The position numbers and the translations under genes are program-made. DNA of 64,000 nucleotides from the human T2T-CHM13v2.0 reference genome, Homo sapiens, in NCBI RefSeq assembly GCF_009914755.1, contig NC_060926.1, one strand, 5' to 3'. The stretch's first letter is position 1. Every line of letters begins with the position of its first letter. Of the stretch, positions 44,900 to 57,355 are shown one piece after another. A model generated the notes under the pieces. That model did not search any database and was not told the DNA's origin. It saw only the letters and a program-made list of their open reading frames with translations.

Positions 44900-46380
44900 T
44901 TAAAATCTGATATACTCCACTGAGAATCTCATGGAAGTAATTTTTCTAGTGTGGCCTGTGACCCATTGCAAATCAGTCTTCACCTAGTCACAAACTCCCC
45001 TCCTTTGGCTTTGCAGCCTGCCTCTCTCATGCCTTTCTTCCTCTTCACTGATTTCTTCCTGGTTTCCCTCTGTGACTTCTGCTTTTTCCTGGCATTCTCT
45101 TCTGTTTTTAGTGTACTTACCTGCCTTATTTGATCCCATATTTTCCCAGGACTTTACCACTGACAGGATGCTGACCCCCAAATCAACATCTTCATATTCA
45201 TCTTTCTCCTGAGCTCCAGACCCTCCTTTTCAGCTACCTGATAGATAGTGCTGTTTGAACGGCTTTTGTCATTCCAACTTTCATGTGCTCCAAATGGAAC
45301 ACAGCACACTTCTTTCCTCATTCCAAATCTGTGCTTCCCCATCTTGGCTAAGGGTGTCATGGTTCACTCTTATTTTTCCAGAAAAACACTTGGGCTTAAT
45401 TTTTTCATTTTGTCCATTCTGGCTGGACAATTAACTTCTTATTCCCCATGTACCACCTCCACGCCTTTACTTTGAAAACTCCTACTTGATCTGGAACATT
45501 CAGATTTATCTCCTCTATTACATTTCCCAGATGCTCCATAGAAATAAGTGGCTCTGTTTTCAGCATTTTCTTGGAAGTCCAAAGAGTAATTTATCCTCAT
45601 GTGTACACGTCTAGCTTTCTCTACTGGGCTGTAAGCTACCTAAAGGAGATGACCTTGTTAATTCATTATTCCTACCATCTACCACAGAGGAGGTCCTTAA
45701 TATATGTTTGTAAAATAACTGCTTGTCTTCTTTAATATCTCACATTATTGAGCTCTATGTGCGCAAACATCTATGACTACATCTCGTTTGGTTTGCATTC
45801 ACTTTCCTATTAAACCAGAATGCTCCAGATACAGTGTTTCAAAACCACTGGTCACACTCCATTGCCTTCAAAAATAAAGTCCAAATTCATTGATGTGGTT
45901 TAGAACAATCGCAACTAGACACTATAGATCATACCTAGTTCATAGTCATATCTTCCACTCCTTCTGAGCCTTAAATTCAATTAGTGAGCCCTGCCTAGGA
46001 TCGGTGTGCACTTTTATGTCTCTGAATGCTGCCCAAACTGTTTTTTTTTCTATCTCCCTTGCTTGATTCCCTGCCTGTACACTTCTTCTCCACAGGCAAG
46101 CTGAGGGTCACCTTGACTGAGCAGACTTCTTATGACCTTGCATAAAATAGATGGCTTCCCCCACCTTGCCTTCATAGCACATGGTACACATTTTACTATA
46201 GTACCAATGTTGTGATTTTTATGTTTTCACTTATGCTAGTTTATGTGCTATTTATAGAATTCTGTCTTTACGGCTGGCCAATGAGCCCTTTGAAGTCAGT
46301 GTTAATTATCTTTGAAACTTGGTACAATTTACATTTGCCAAAAAAGAATGTGCACTCAGTACACATTTATCATGAAATTA
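44900..46380 (+). mobile_element. L2 fragments
   Basis: Pyrimidine-rich L2 motifs (ctctcctgagctccagacc, aaaataaagtccaaattc) and L2 3'-end-like sequence. Confidence 0.55.
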
Positions 46381-47602
46381 ACTAGCATGTAATTATAATC
46401 TTAGGTATGATAATAAAGCAGTGAATCAATATTTGCCTTACAAAATAAATTGCTTTTCTTTGTTAGGCTTCCCAAGCTTTATTTTTCCAAAAAAGAAATC
46501 ACAAATATTCTGGCAGATTCTTTGCTCTATGATTGAAAATGCAGTCTCCGTCTTTGTTCAGATAGAAGGAAAAATAAAAATTGAAGAAGAGCAGTTGCAG
46601 CACACCTGTGTTGGCAAGCTGTCAAACTCTCTGTCCCTGACATTAATTGGATCATCCGTTGAATGGGGGAACTGATGGAAAATGCAATGAGAGGAGATGA
46701 CTGGGGAAAATAACTGCTATCCTGCCCATCAACAGTGATGAAAGTGATACCCGGAGAGTTATCTTTTATCCCATACAAACAGATGGCTTCAAACAACACA
46801 CACTGCATACAACCAGATTTCTTATGCTCACCTCTAAGCACTTAGGCCAGCTTGAGAAATCAAAAATTAAAATATAAATAACAAAGAGCACTTCCTGGGT
46901 GGTGAGTCACTAAGCTGAAAGCAATTATCCACTGATTTTTTTGTCTCTGCCTGCTGTTTTCTTAAATGACCTGCTATAGGAGAGTAATTTTATAGTGGGC
47001 TTGGGCCAAACGTTAGGAAAAAGTTGTCCTGATTTCCACTTACACTGGTTACACTTAACAGAAACAATAAAATGAAAGACAAATAAAACAAGTAAAGACA
47101 CATTTATTGATTGTATCCACACCTCTACTGCAAGAGAAAATGAATCTCTGAAGAAATCTCTATTAAGATTTATGCAGTTTTGTTAGGAGAAAAATAACCA
47201 GAAATTTGCACCCAGCTGTTTACGTGAGATGTAAACAGATGATGTAAACTCAGACTAAGGAAACAAGGTGGTTAAACAATAAGAAAAGGGTATTGTAGAA
47301 ATCTTAGGGGAATATCAGAGTCAACATGTGTGATGTGTTTTATTCTTTACCCATTTGGAATTTTAGCTAATTCCACTTAAAAAAATACAAAAACAACTTA
47401 TACCTGGCCAAGCAAATACTCATCTTAATTTGCAATGCTTAAAGAATCTGTAAATTGGGCAAATGTGTTTATGTATGAGGTCTCCTCACTCAAATAATGA
47501 AAAGTTGTTGCTTGTTTTGTTCCCAGATTACTTATACTTTATAATTTAGAGAAGACAGGAGAAAGGACTATGGAGTGAAGGCATTAAAAAAGCAAAATTT
47601 TC

Positions 47603-47912
47603 AGCCGGGCGCGGTGGCTCACGCCTGTAATCCCAGCACTTTGGGAAGCCGAGGCGAGTGGATCACGAGGTCAGGAAGTCGAGACCATCCTGGCTAACAT
47701 GGTGAAATCCTGTCTCTACTAAAAAGTACAAAACATTAGCCGGGCATGGTGGCGGGCGCCTGTAGTCCCAGCTACTCGGGAGGCTGAGGCAGGAGAATGG
47801 AATGTCATGAACCTGGGAGGCGGAGCTTGCATGAGCTGAGATCGAGCCACTGCACTCCAGCCTGGGCGACAGAGCGAGACTGCATCTCAAAAAAAAAAAA
47901 AAAAAAAAAAAA
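47603..47912 (+). mobile_element. AluY
   Basis: CpG-rich, accatcctggctaac and ggagcttgc diagnostics; TSD agcaaaattttc. Confidence 0.93.
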
Positions 47913-50407
47913 GCAGCAAAATTTTCTATGCCAAAAAGGCCTGAAGAAAGGAAGCAGGTGTTCATAGAGGAAGAAAAATATCTTGAAAAAATACACAGAT
48001 ATGGGTTGAGCTGTGGAAGACCAGGGTGGATAAATTTGAGAAAGAGATATATGATTTAAGGAAGGTAGTTGTAGTATGAAATTCCTTTCACTTTTCTCTA
48101 AGAGATTCAGCTGGAGGTTAGCATAAATGCCATTTTATTGTTTTCATATTCCTCTACTGTGCTTCTTTCTGTGCAATTATTTGCATAGACTGGGTCACAA
48201 GGAGTCTCAGCATTTACTGTGGTTATAATATTAAAGACACAATTTTTTTTTGCGAGTTTTTTTGGTACAGTTTTCTTTTCTAGGCAAGAGAACACTGGAG
48301 GGAGACTTGGCTCATTGGGGGAAGACAGTGGATCTGCATTTAAGTAGGATGATTTTAGTTGTGTGTGAAGCACCCACATGAAGACGTGGGCTGTGAACCT
48401 GGGCAGGGGGTGAGGGTCAGGGCTGTAAGTCAATATGTGACTCCACCAGCTTTGGTGTAGATGTAAATACAAAGTTCCAGGAGAGAGGCTGACGTTTCTT
48501 CATGTCCCTCCTCCTCTAATTTCCCTGTCACTAAACACATTTTTGGCAGAAACTTATCTTTTGTGTCTCAGAGCTTTCACTTAGCCTGATGCAGCTACAC
48601 TCAATGAGCTGCTATTTGCCTTTACAAAGCTGGCTCCTGTAGGTCCTTTCAGTATCTGCTTATGGACCACATACTCAGAAATGACTCCCTTGGCCATGCC
48701 CACCAGGCCACTCATTTCTTATCTTCTATGTTGTTCATTCTCTTTAGAGGACTTGTGAATGTTCTATAGATCTTCCTCTTCTGATTGTCAACCCTGGGAA
48801 GACGGGGATTATGTCTGATGTGTCCACCAATTTAAACCCTGTCTCTAGCACATAGTGCATGTTTAATTAATCATTGAATTAAATAATAGGGTTGCAGAGG
48901 AGAGAAATTAAAGAAAGCAACTTTTTTGGAGGGACTTTTACCCACCTAGTACTGTGAAGAGTTATATTAAAAAATTAAATTGTGCAAAGAAAAAATTTGA
49001 AGATGCCAGAAGATTACATGAAACAGAAAAAGGAGAAATGGAGTCCCGGAGACATACACTTATTTAAAAGTGCTCGTGTGACATAGAAAGCAGGTGCAAA
49101 TTAATGACAAGATAGAAGATGCCAGGAAGGTTAGTAGAGATAAAAATCAGAGGGAAAATGGTTGTTTAGGAACCTGCAGGAAGTTAGGAAACACATACTC
49201 CCTCTTGTCTCTTCAGAACCTCAGCCCTGTCTTGTTATAACTTAGGTATTTATAGTAAGGGTTTCATGCAAGAAAGGAATGTGTAAAGTACCATTCTATT
49301 AACTCACACTGAAGAACTGCTGAGAGACCAGGAGTCTCTAAGGGGCATTTGGTTTGACACTCTTGTTTTACTGAGTGGAAAATTTAACTCAGAGATTCGA
49401 AATGATAGTATAGAAACAATACTGGACTAGATCTCTGAGCTATAGATGAGCATTTGAAGATGTTAATATAATGCTGAGAGGCAGCTTGGGCCTTGAATCC
49501 ATCTTTAAGCGCTTCACAATTCAGCTGCCCTAAGTCCTGGCCCTGTAGGGGCTTTCTGCTCTACAGTGTCCCCCAAACCGGTGCTCTTTCTGATTCACAT
49601 ACTTGCAGCAAGTGACTTCTTGAGATCACTTTGAGATTCTGTGGTTGTAAGTGCCCAGAGCAGGCAGGAATCCAGGAGCTTAATTGTGTTAGTTTTATTC
49701 AGAGCTGAACACAATGAGTACAGATTGTGTCTCTCTTGGTGGGAGACTTAAATGTTTGAGTGCAATGGGGGTTTGAAATCTACAGTCCCAAAAGGTTCTC
49801 CTAAGGGTTTATTTTCTGCCTCCTCTGAGATTTGCCCCAAAGCATCAACGGTGTCGTTCCTCCCTTCCTCCTCCCTTCTCTCCCGGGAGTCTTTCTACTG
49901 ACACAAATTAGCCTTATCTCTAAAGCCATAGCAGTCTCAAAATAGCTGTCCCCTTTGCTCAGGTTTCATGGCACTTCCCAAAAATGAAGCCATTTGGCTT
50001 TGGTTACAGATTGAGCCTGACTCGCTTGACTCTGCTTGAAAGGCATGAGCCCAGAACTCAGGAAGTCCTGTCTTCCCCAGAGCACCAGGAAGGAGGAAGT
50101 AGACAGAAGCCACAGCTGCATGGGGAAAAAGGATCTGGATGCAGAGTCCTGGGCCCCCTGCTCCTTCAGGCACTGAAGCCCATGGCTGCAGTGTCTGGGT
50201 CCACACTGAGGCTAGGCATCATCTGCTCTCTGTTGTATCTTTCCCCCGTCTTCAACCTTCTGTTATACTTTTCAAGCTCTCTTTTCCTTTTTCTCTACTT
50301 CTCTTTTAATTTACTTTTCAACTTCCCCTACTCTTTCCTCTCTATTGTCCAGTTGTGGCAGATTGTTAAAACTGTCATTTTGCCCATGGATCTGCTCACT
50401 GATTCTG

Positions 50408-51321
50408 TTTTTTTTTTCAATTTATTTTTAAAATTTCAATAATTTTGGGGGACACGTGGTTTGTCTTTACATGGTTGTTGGTTTATTAAATAGAGTGTCC
50501 TTTTCCCAATGTATGTTTTTGTATGCTTTTTCTTTTTTTTTGATTTCTATTTTTATTTTAAGTTCTGGGGTACATTTGCAGGATGTGCAGGTTTGTTACA
50601 TAGGTAAGTGTGTGCCACGGTGATTTGCTGTACCCATCAACCCATCACCTAGGCATTCAGCCTAGCATGCATTAACTATTTTTCCTAATGCTCCGTCTCC
50701 CCTCACCGCACCTCCCAACTGGCCCCAGTGTGTATGGTTCCCCTTCCTGTGTCTGTGTGTTCTCAATGTTCAGCTCCCATTTACAAGTGAGAACAAGTGG
50801 TGTTTTGTTTTCAGTTCCTGCATTAGTTTGCTGAGGCGGCCAACAAACATGAAAAAAAGCTCAAAGTCACTGATCTTTAGATAAATACAAATCAAAATCA
50901 CAATGAGATACCATATCACGCTAGTCAGAATGGTTATTATTAAAAAGTCAAGAAACAACAGATGCTGGCGAGGTTGTAGAGAAATAGGAACAATTTTACA
51001 CTGTTGGTGGGAATATAAATTAGTTCAACCATGGTGGAAGATGGTGTGGTGACTCTGCAAGGGTCTAGAACTATTAGACCCTGCAATCCCATTACTGTAT
51101 ATATACCCAAAGGAATATAAATCATTCTATTACAAAGATACATGCACATGTATGCTCACTGCAGCACTATTCACAATAGCAAAGACATGGAGTTAACCCA
51201 AATGCCCATCGATGATAGACTGGATAAAGAAAATATGGCACATATACACAATGGAATACTATGCAGCCACAAAAAGGAATGAGATTATGTCCTTTGCAGG
51301 GACATAGATGGAGCTGGAAGC
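50408..51321 (-). mobile_element. L1PA insertion with 5' inversion (twin priming) and probable 3' transduction
   Basis: L1 3'UTR antisense 50530-50836 joined to sense ORF2-end segment 50837-51321; the two pieces are nearly contiguous in the L1 consensus; candidate TSD ctgattct at 50399 and 51321. Confidence 0.85.
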
Positions 51322-51654
51322 TGATTCTTAATTACATTAACACAACATCTTTTTTTCCAGGCAAACATAGCTTCCACTGAAGGAAGTACTTCTCAAAATC
51401 CAAGTTGCCAGATGGAATCCAGTGATAAGGAATTTCAGAGTCTACATAAAATTATACTAAAGCCATTTCTCAACAGTTAGCGTGATGAAGACTGGATTTA
51501 TTTTTTCCATTGCTCTACAAGTTCTTAATTTATGATGAAAATATTACCACATGAGAACATGAAACCCTCATTTCAATGCTCACAAACTCTACTCAGTATG
51601 CTCTTCCTCCTAAAATTCTAGGTCTGTTAAGGATCCCCACATATTACATAGCCT

Positions 51655-51845
51655 GATGGTTCTCAACCCTGGTGACACATTTGACATACAGGGAGTTTTT
51701 TATTTTTGTGCTTTTTTTTTTTAATACTGATGTCTGGGTACCAGTCATAGAGATATAGATTTAATTGCTGTGGAGTGATGCCCAGTCTTCTGTAAGTTGA
51801 AAAGCTTTTCATATTATTTTCCAGTTCAGCCACTATTGAAAACAG
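51655..51845. mobile_element. MER5A-like MITE
   Basis: tggttctcaaccctgg...aatactgatgtctggg...gatttaattgctgtggagtg. Confidence 0.55.
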
Positions 51846-52941
51846 CAAATATCATCTTTTCTCCTGTTCCCTGGAGGTGCAATGATAGAAGCTTGACCAG
51901 GGCAGGGTGTTTTGTCTGTCTTGTTCGTTGCTGAATTCTAGAATCATATACATTGCCTGGTGCATAGTGGGCACCAACTAAACATTGTTTCCTAATTGAA
52001 TCTTGGATATTTCTTAAAAGGACCAGCCCCAAGTTATTTCTGTGTTACCAAGCATAAAAAGAAAAGCTCTCTACCATACAGAATTGTAAATGGCACTATG
52101 TTTCCATTGCCATAATTAGGAAAGACTACCAAAAGTGGTTATGACAAATGTCTAAAAATCCTCCCAAGCTGTAAAATATTGTAATCTGATCTCCACTGTG
52201 CACAAGACCAACGTTCACATGCTACTTTTTGCTGCAGGTTCCCTATGAAGATACCCGTTAGCATTCCCACACATAGCACAAAGGCTTCTCCATCATTTTG
52301 ACCCCAAAATCGGGGGCGGAGGGGCACGCTCACTCCTACTTGCACATTATATTACATATACATTTCAGAAAATGACAGGAAAAAGAGCAAACACAGAAGA
52401 CAGGCTTGCAATCAGGTTTTATCCAGAAGATAACAAGCATATGTAGAGATAATGGGATCAAAATAATGAAGCCTTCCAGTAAACACACCGTTCAGCAAAT
52501 TCCCAGGTGCTCAGCACAAAGGAAGAAGTGGCAGGCAGGCTCATTCATCTGGATCTAGGAGACAACAGATTCCCTTGTAACTCAAGAGCCTTTTGGGAGC
52601 TTCTCCTGGAAGAGTGAATGATCAGCTTCTCCACAGTGGAACCAGCAATAGCATATAAAGGTTAGTGCTGTTTCACGTGGGTAGGTTAAATTAGAAAGAA
52701 AACTTAGCCATTCATTCCTGCTTGGACCCACAGATTCCCTATGTGGGGTGACTGGTGTCAAGATTGAGGATTGAAGCAGGCAGGACTGTGGCCAGGGATT
52801 CAGAGAAGGGCCCTCTATCAATCCCAGGTGGTTTTTGGAAAATGCAGGTGGCTCCTGCTGAAAACAGTCATCAGCTGCCTTAAAAACACTGAAATATTCA
52901 ATGTGTTTCCAAGTTGTCTATTTGAGTGGGGCAGAGTGATG

Positions 52942-53125
52942 AATGCAGTGCTTCTCAAGCATTAATGCAGTGCCTCTCAAGCGTTAATGACAGGAGTCAT
53001 TCGGTGGGGAGGAGGCTGTTAAAATGCACAGTCTGATTCAGCAAGTGGGGCGGTACATTGCATTTGTGACACAGTCTCAGGTGATGGCCGCGCTGCCAGT
53101 CTGGACCACTTTCTGAGTAGCAAAG
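52942..53125. mobile_element. MER5B-like MITE with a 22-bp tandem duplication of its terminus
   Basis: aatgcagtgc(t/c)tctcaagc(a/g)tt x2, then ...ctggaccactttctgagtagcaa. Confidence 0.65.
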
Positions 53126-54312
53126 CTTCAAAGAGCCCCTCTTGCAGCAGCAGGACACAATGCATTGGTTGACTCTGCCTTTGCTTCAAATGGGAGCATT
53201 TAAAAAGCCACTTGAATTCCCTGACATGGATTCCTCAGCTATAACATGGAAACATAGTGAAGTATGTTCATTAGCATTAACATTATGAAATTAAGTAAAT
53301 CAATGCTTCCTAGCTGTCTGTCCTTAAAGATGTAGAGGAACTTCTGTAAGCTTCCTTTCCTTTTCCTGTTTTGCAAAGTAGATACTGTACCATTGAGATG
53401 TGTGTCTAAGGCATCTGGAACTTTGCTGGGCATATACGAGGCACTGAAGAGACAGGGAGCTCTTTATTTATGATGTGCAAGTATGCTTTGGTGCTGATCT
53501 CAGAATCTGACTCAGAATCTGAAAATAAAAGTGTTACAGTGATGACGTGCTGAGACATTCCTCGCAGGCCAAGGAGTTGAAAGGAAGGCAATTGCATTTC
53601 CTTTTTTTTCTCTTTTTGTTTTCCAAAGTGTTTACGGTGCCTTGGGAGAATGCCCTTCATTTTACCTGGAGGAAAAATACTGTTTTAAAAGTCGGCAGCA
53701 AAAATATCCCCATGTTGTACAAGAATTGTTCAGTGTCTGTCACTCATTTTGCTCCATTTCGGTGTTCTATATTTTCTGCTTGCTTTCACAGGTGATAATG
53801 TGCACCAGTAAAAAATAGAAGCAAGAGGCCCACCTACAGCTGCCCTAAATACTCTGAGGTAAATTTGAAATTTCTTTAAAGAAAAAAATAAGCGTCCTGT
53901 GAAGGAGAAGATAGCTGACATTTAAAAATACATTTTTGGTCCTGGTTAAAACAACTAATGAACACTTATTTTTATCTCAAAATTAATTCTGAAACGATGT
54001 ACAGATGAGCATATGCTATCTTCTCACTGCTTATGATAAAAACAGAGCGACATGAAGGAACCACTTGAACTCTCAGAGCTCGTGTGCCCTAATCTGTAGG
54101 AAACAATCAATTAACAACGCCTTGCTCCTTTTAAGTGTTTCTATGTGAATCACATAAAATAAATGGAGTGAGCCTGGAGATGCCAAGGAATCCAATGCCA
54201 TGTTACCACATAATCAAGTCTTTGGTCAGTCATTCCATCACAAGAAATAAGAAAACGTTTCTAACTGCTCATGGAATTGTTTTTGAATTAATTATATAAA
54301 CTTCTAGATTAA

Positions 54313-54632
<320 letters not shown>

Positions 54633-54883
54633 TGGAACCCAAGAACAACAAAAAATAGGACAAGTTGCCAAAAAAGGCTACCTTCTGGAGTTGCTGGAGT
54701 GGCATGAGTTGAGGTTTGTAAAGCCCCTGAGCAGTAGCACTATGGAAGTGGTTGTAAAGGAAACCAGGAAAATCAAGCCTGGCTTCTAAGAGGAGTCTCA
54801 CTGGGGGTTCTTTCAGGTGGGGAAATTCTCAGAGGCAAGTGTGTTATATGCCAACCTTGGTCTATGTTTTTCATGTTTTGTGG

Positions 54884-55210
54884 TTTTTTTTATTTTTTAT
54901 TTTTATTTTTAAGACAGGGTATCACCCTGCCACTCAGGCTAGAGTGCAGCAGCACAATCAATTACAGGTCACTGCAGCCTCGATCTCCCAGGCTCAATTC
55001 CTCCTACCTTAGTCTCCCGAGTAGTTGGGACTATAGGCACGTGCCATCAGGCCTGGCTAATTTATTTCATTGTTTTTTTTTGTTTTGTTTTGTAGAGATG
55101 AGGTCTCACCATGTTGCCCAGGCTTGCTTTGAACTCCTGGGCTCAAGCTATCTGCCTGCCTCAGCCTCCCAAAGTGCTGGGATTACAGGCATGAGTCACC
55201 ATGCCCAGCC
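54884..55210 (-). mobile_element. AluJ
   Basis: Antisense Alu with J-type gtctcaccatgttgcccaggct, ctcctgggctcaagc. Confidence 0.9.
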
Positions 55211-55683
55211 TCTCTGCTTGTCCTGTTTTTAGGTGAGATCACCTTGGTCATTCAGTGTGGGCCCTGGACACTTGGACATGTATTCATCAAAGGAAGTGTA
55301 TTGGCATGAGAGCTTGAAGGCTACTGGAGGAGGTTGTGTTAGAAGGAAAGTAAGCCTGTAAGACTAGCTTGTTCCAGTTGAAGCCAGTATGGTCTCCTAA
55401 CAGACCAGGGAAAGGGGACAGCAGGAGGAGGCAACAATCCTAAGTACAGCTTCAGGACTTCTTCTCTCATTTCCCTTGACCCAGGCCCCCTCCCTCTCCC
55501 CCAGACTTAACAAACATGGAGTGAGGATTTGAACATGGAGCAGGGTTTTGTTCATAATTTTAAACTACACTTGAATTACTCCTTATTATTAGTCCATCAG
55601 TTTACTCTTTCAAAGCGTCCAAAATACTTGATACTGTGGGTAATAGGAAGACTCACAGAATATATACCTTTAAGACAGAATAC

Positions 55684-55999
<316 letters not shown>

Positions 56000-56793
56000 T
56001 CAAAGTGTGAACACATCAATTAGCAGAGCATGTCTAATTTGCCTACTACTAACAAAGGCAATAATCCTAATTTTGAAATCAGGAACCTAAAATTCATGGG
56101 AAGATCCATCTGTTCTTTGTAAGCATCTCAGTCTTTCAAATACTGCCAATTCTTCATTAAGGCAATAATTTGTGGTATTATCCCTATTAGCCAGTTTTTA
56201 AGAGTTGTTACAACAAATCATAAAGAAACAACTGCTACAAAAAAGGAAGGGCATGAGGCTCATGAAAAAGAACTGTCCCGCTCTGCAAGGAGCAGAAGAC
56301 TAAACTTTCTCAATGTTTTGACCTGTCTCACACATGCTTTCACTGCGGCAGAGTGTTTCATCTCCACAACCAGAGGGAAAACTGGGAAGTTTTAGATCTA
56401 GATAGTATACTTATCTATCAAAAAGTCAACTTTTTTCTAGCACTGTTAATATTGATCGGTTTTTACTATCTGTAAAGAAAAATAAGTTGCTGACCAGTGA
56501 ATGCCTGTAAGTATTAAAGCACGTATTTCTAAGGAGAAAAATGCAAGATAATCTCACTTTATACCATAGATAATGTCCTTAAAACTTACTGCATGAATCA
56601 GGTTTTGAGAGCATGGAATCATCATTTTTAAAGTGAAAATTTTCTTTTTAAGGATATGAGTCAGTAGGTTACTTTGCAATGGAAAAATACTTATTTCGTT
56701 TATTAGAAAAGTAGAAAATTTTTATGCTAGGTATTTTTTGTGTGCTATACACAGAATTATTATTAACCTAAACCACTCCTCTCCTGTATATGC

Positions 56794-57100
56794 TTTTTTT
56801 TTTTTAAGACGGAATTTCACTCTGTCACCTAGGCTGGAGCTGGAGTACAGTGGCACGACACCAGCTCACTGCAACCTCCGCCTCCCAGGTTCAAGCAATT
56901 CTCCTGCCTCTGCCTCCCAAGGAGCTGAGACTATAGATGCCTCTCACCACACCAGGCTATTTTTTTTTGTATTTTCAGTAGAGACAGGGTTTCATCATGT
57001 TGGCCAGGCTGGTCTCGAACTCCTGACTGACCTCAAGTGATCCACCCAGCTTGGCCTCCCAAAGTGCTGTGATTACAAGCATGAGCCATTACACCCAAAC
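56794..57100 (-). mobile_element. AluS
   Basis: Antisense full Alu with T-tail. Confidence 0.92.
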
Positions 57101-57101
57101 C

Positions 57102-57290
57102 TGTGTGTATGTGCGTGTGTGTGTGTGTATATATATATATATAAATACTATATATATATACACAAATACTATATATATACACAAATACTATATATATACA
57201 CAAATACTATATATATACAAATACTATATATATATATACAAATACTATATATATATATACAAATACTATATATATATATATATATATATA
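57102..57290. repeat. (TG)n/(TA)n compound repeat with ~19-21-bp unit caaatac(ta)n
   Basis: aaatactatatatata recurs about 7 times. Confidence 0.92.
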
Positions 57291-57355
57291 TGCTAGTTGT
57301 TAAAAGAAAGATGGTTAAAGCCATGCTAGTTCTTAAAAGAAAGATGGTTAAAGTC
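57290..57355. repeat. 33-bp tandem duplication
   Basis: atgctagtt(g/c)ttaaaagaaagatggttaaag(c/t)c x2. Confidence 0.92.

Noticed and set aside
49984-50442. 152-aa ORF with hydrophobic C-terminus
   Set aside because: The hydrophobic part derives from a CT-rich low-complexity tract running into a poly(T); no recognisable domain or splice context.
52311-52331. GC box GGGGCGGAG
   Set aside because: Isolated motif with no CpG island or other promoter features.
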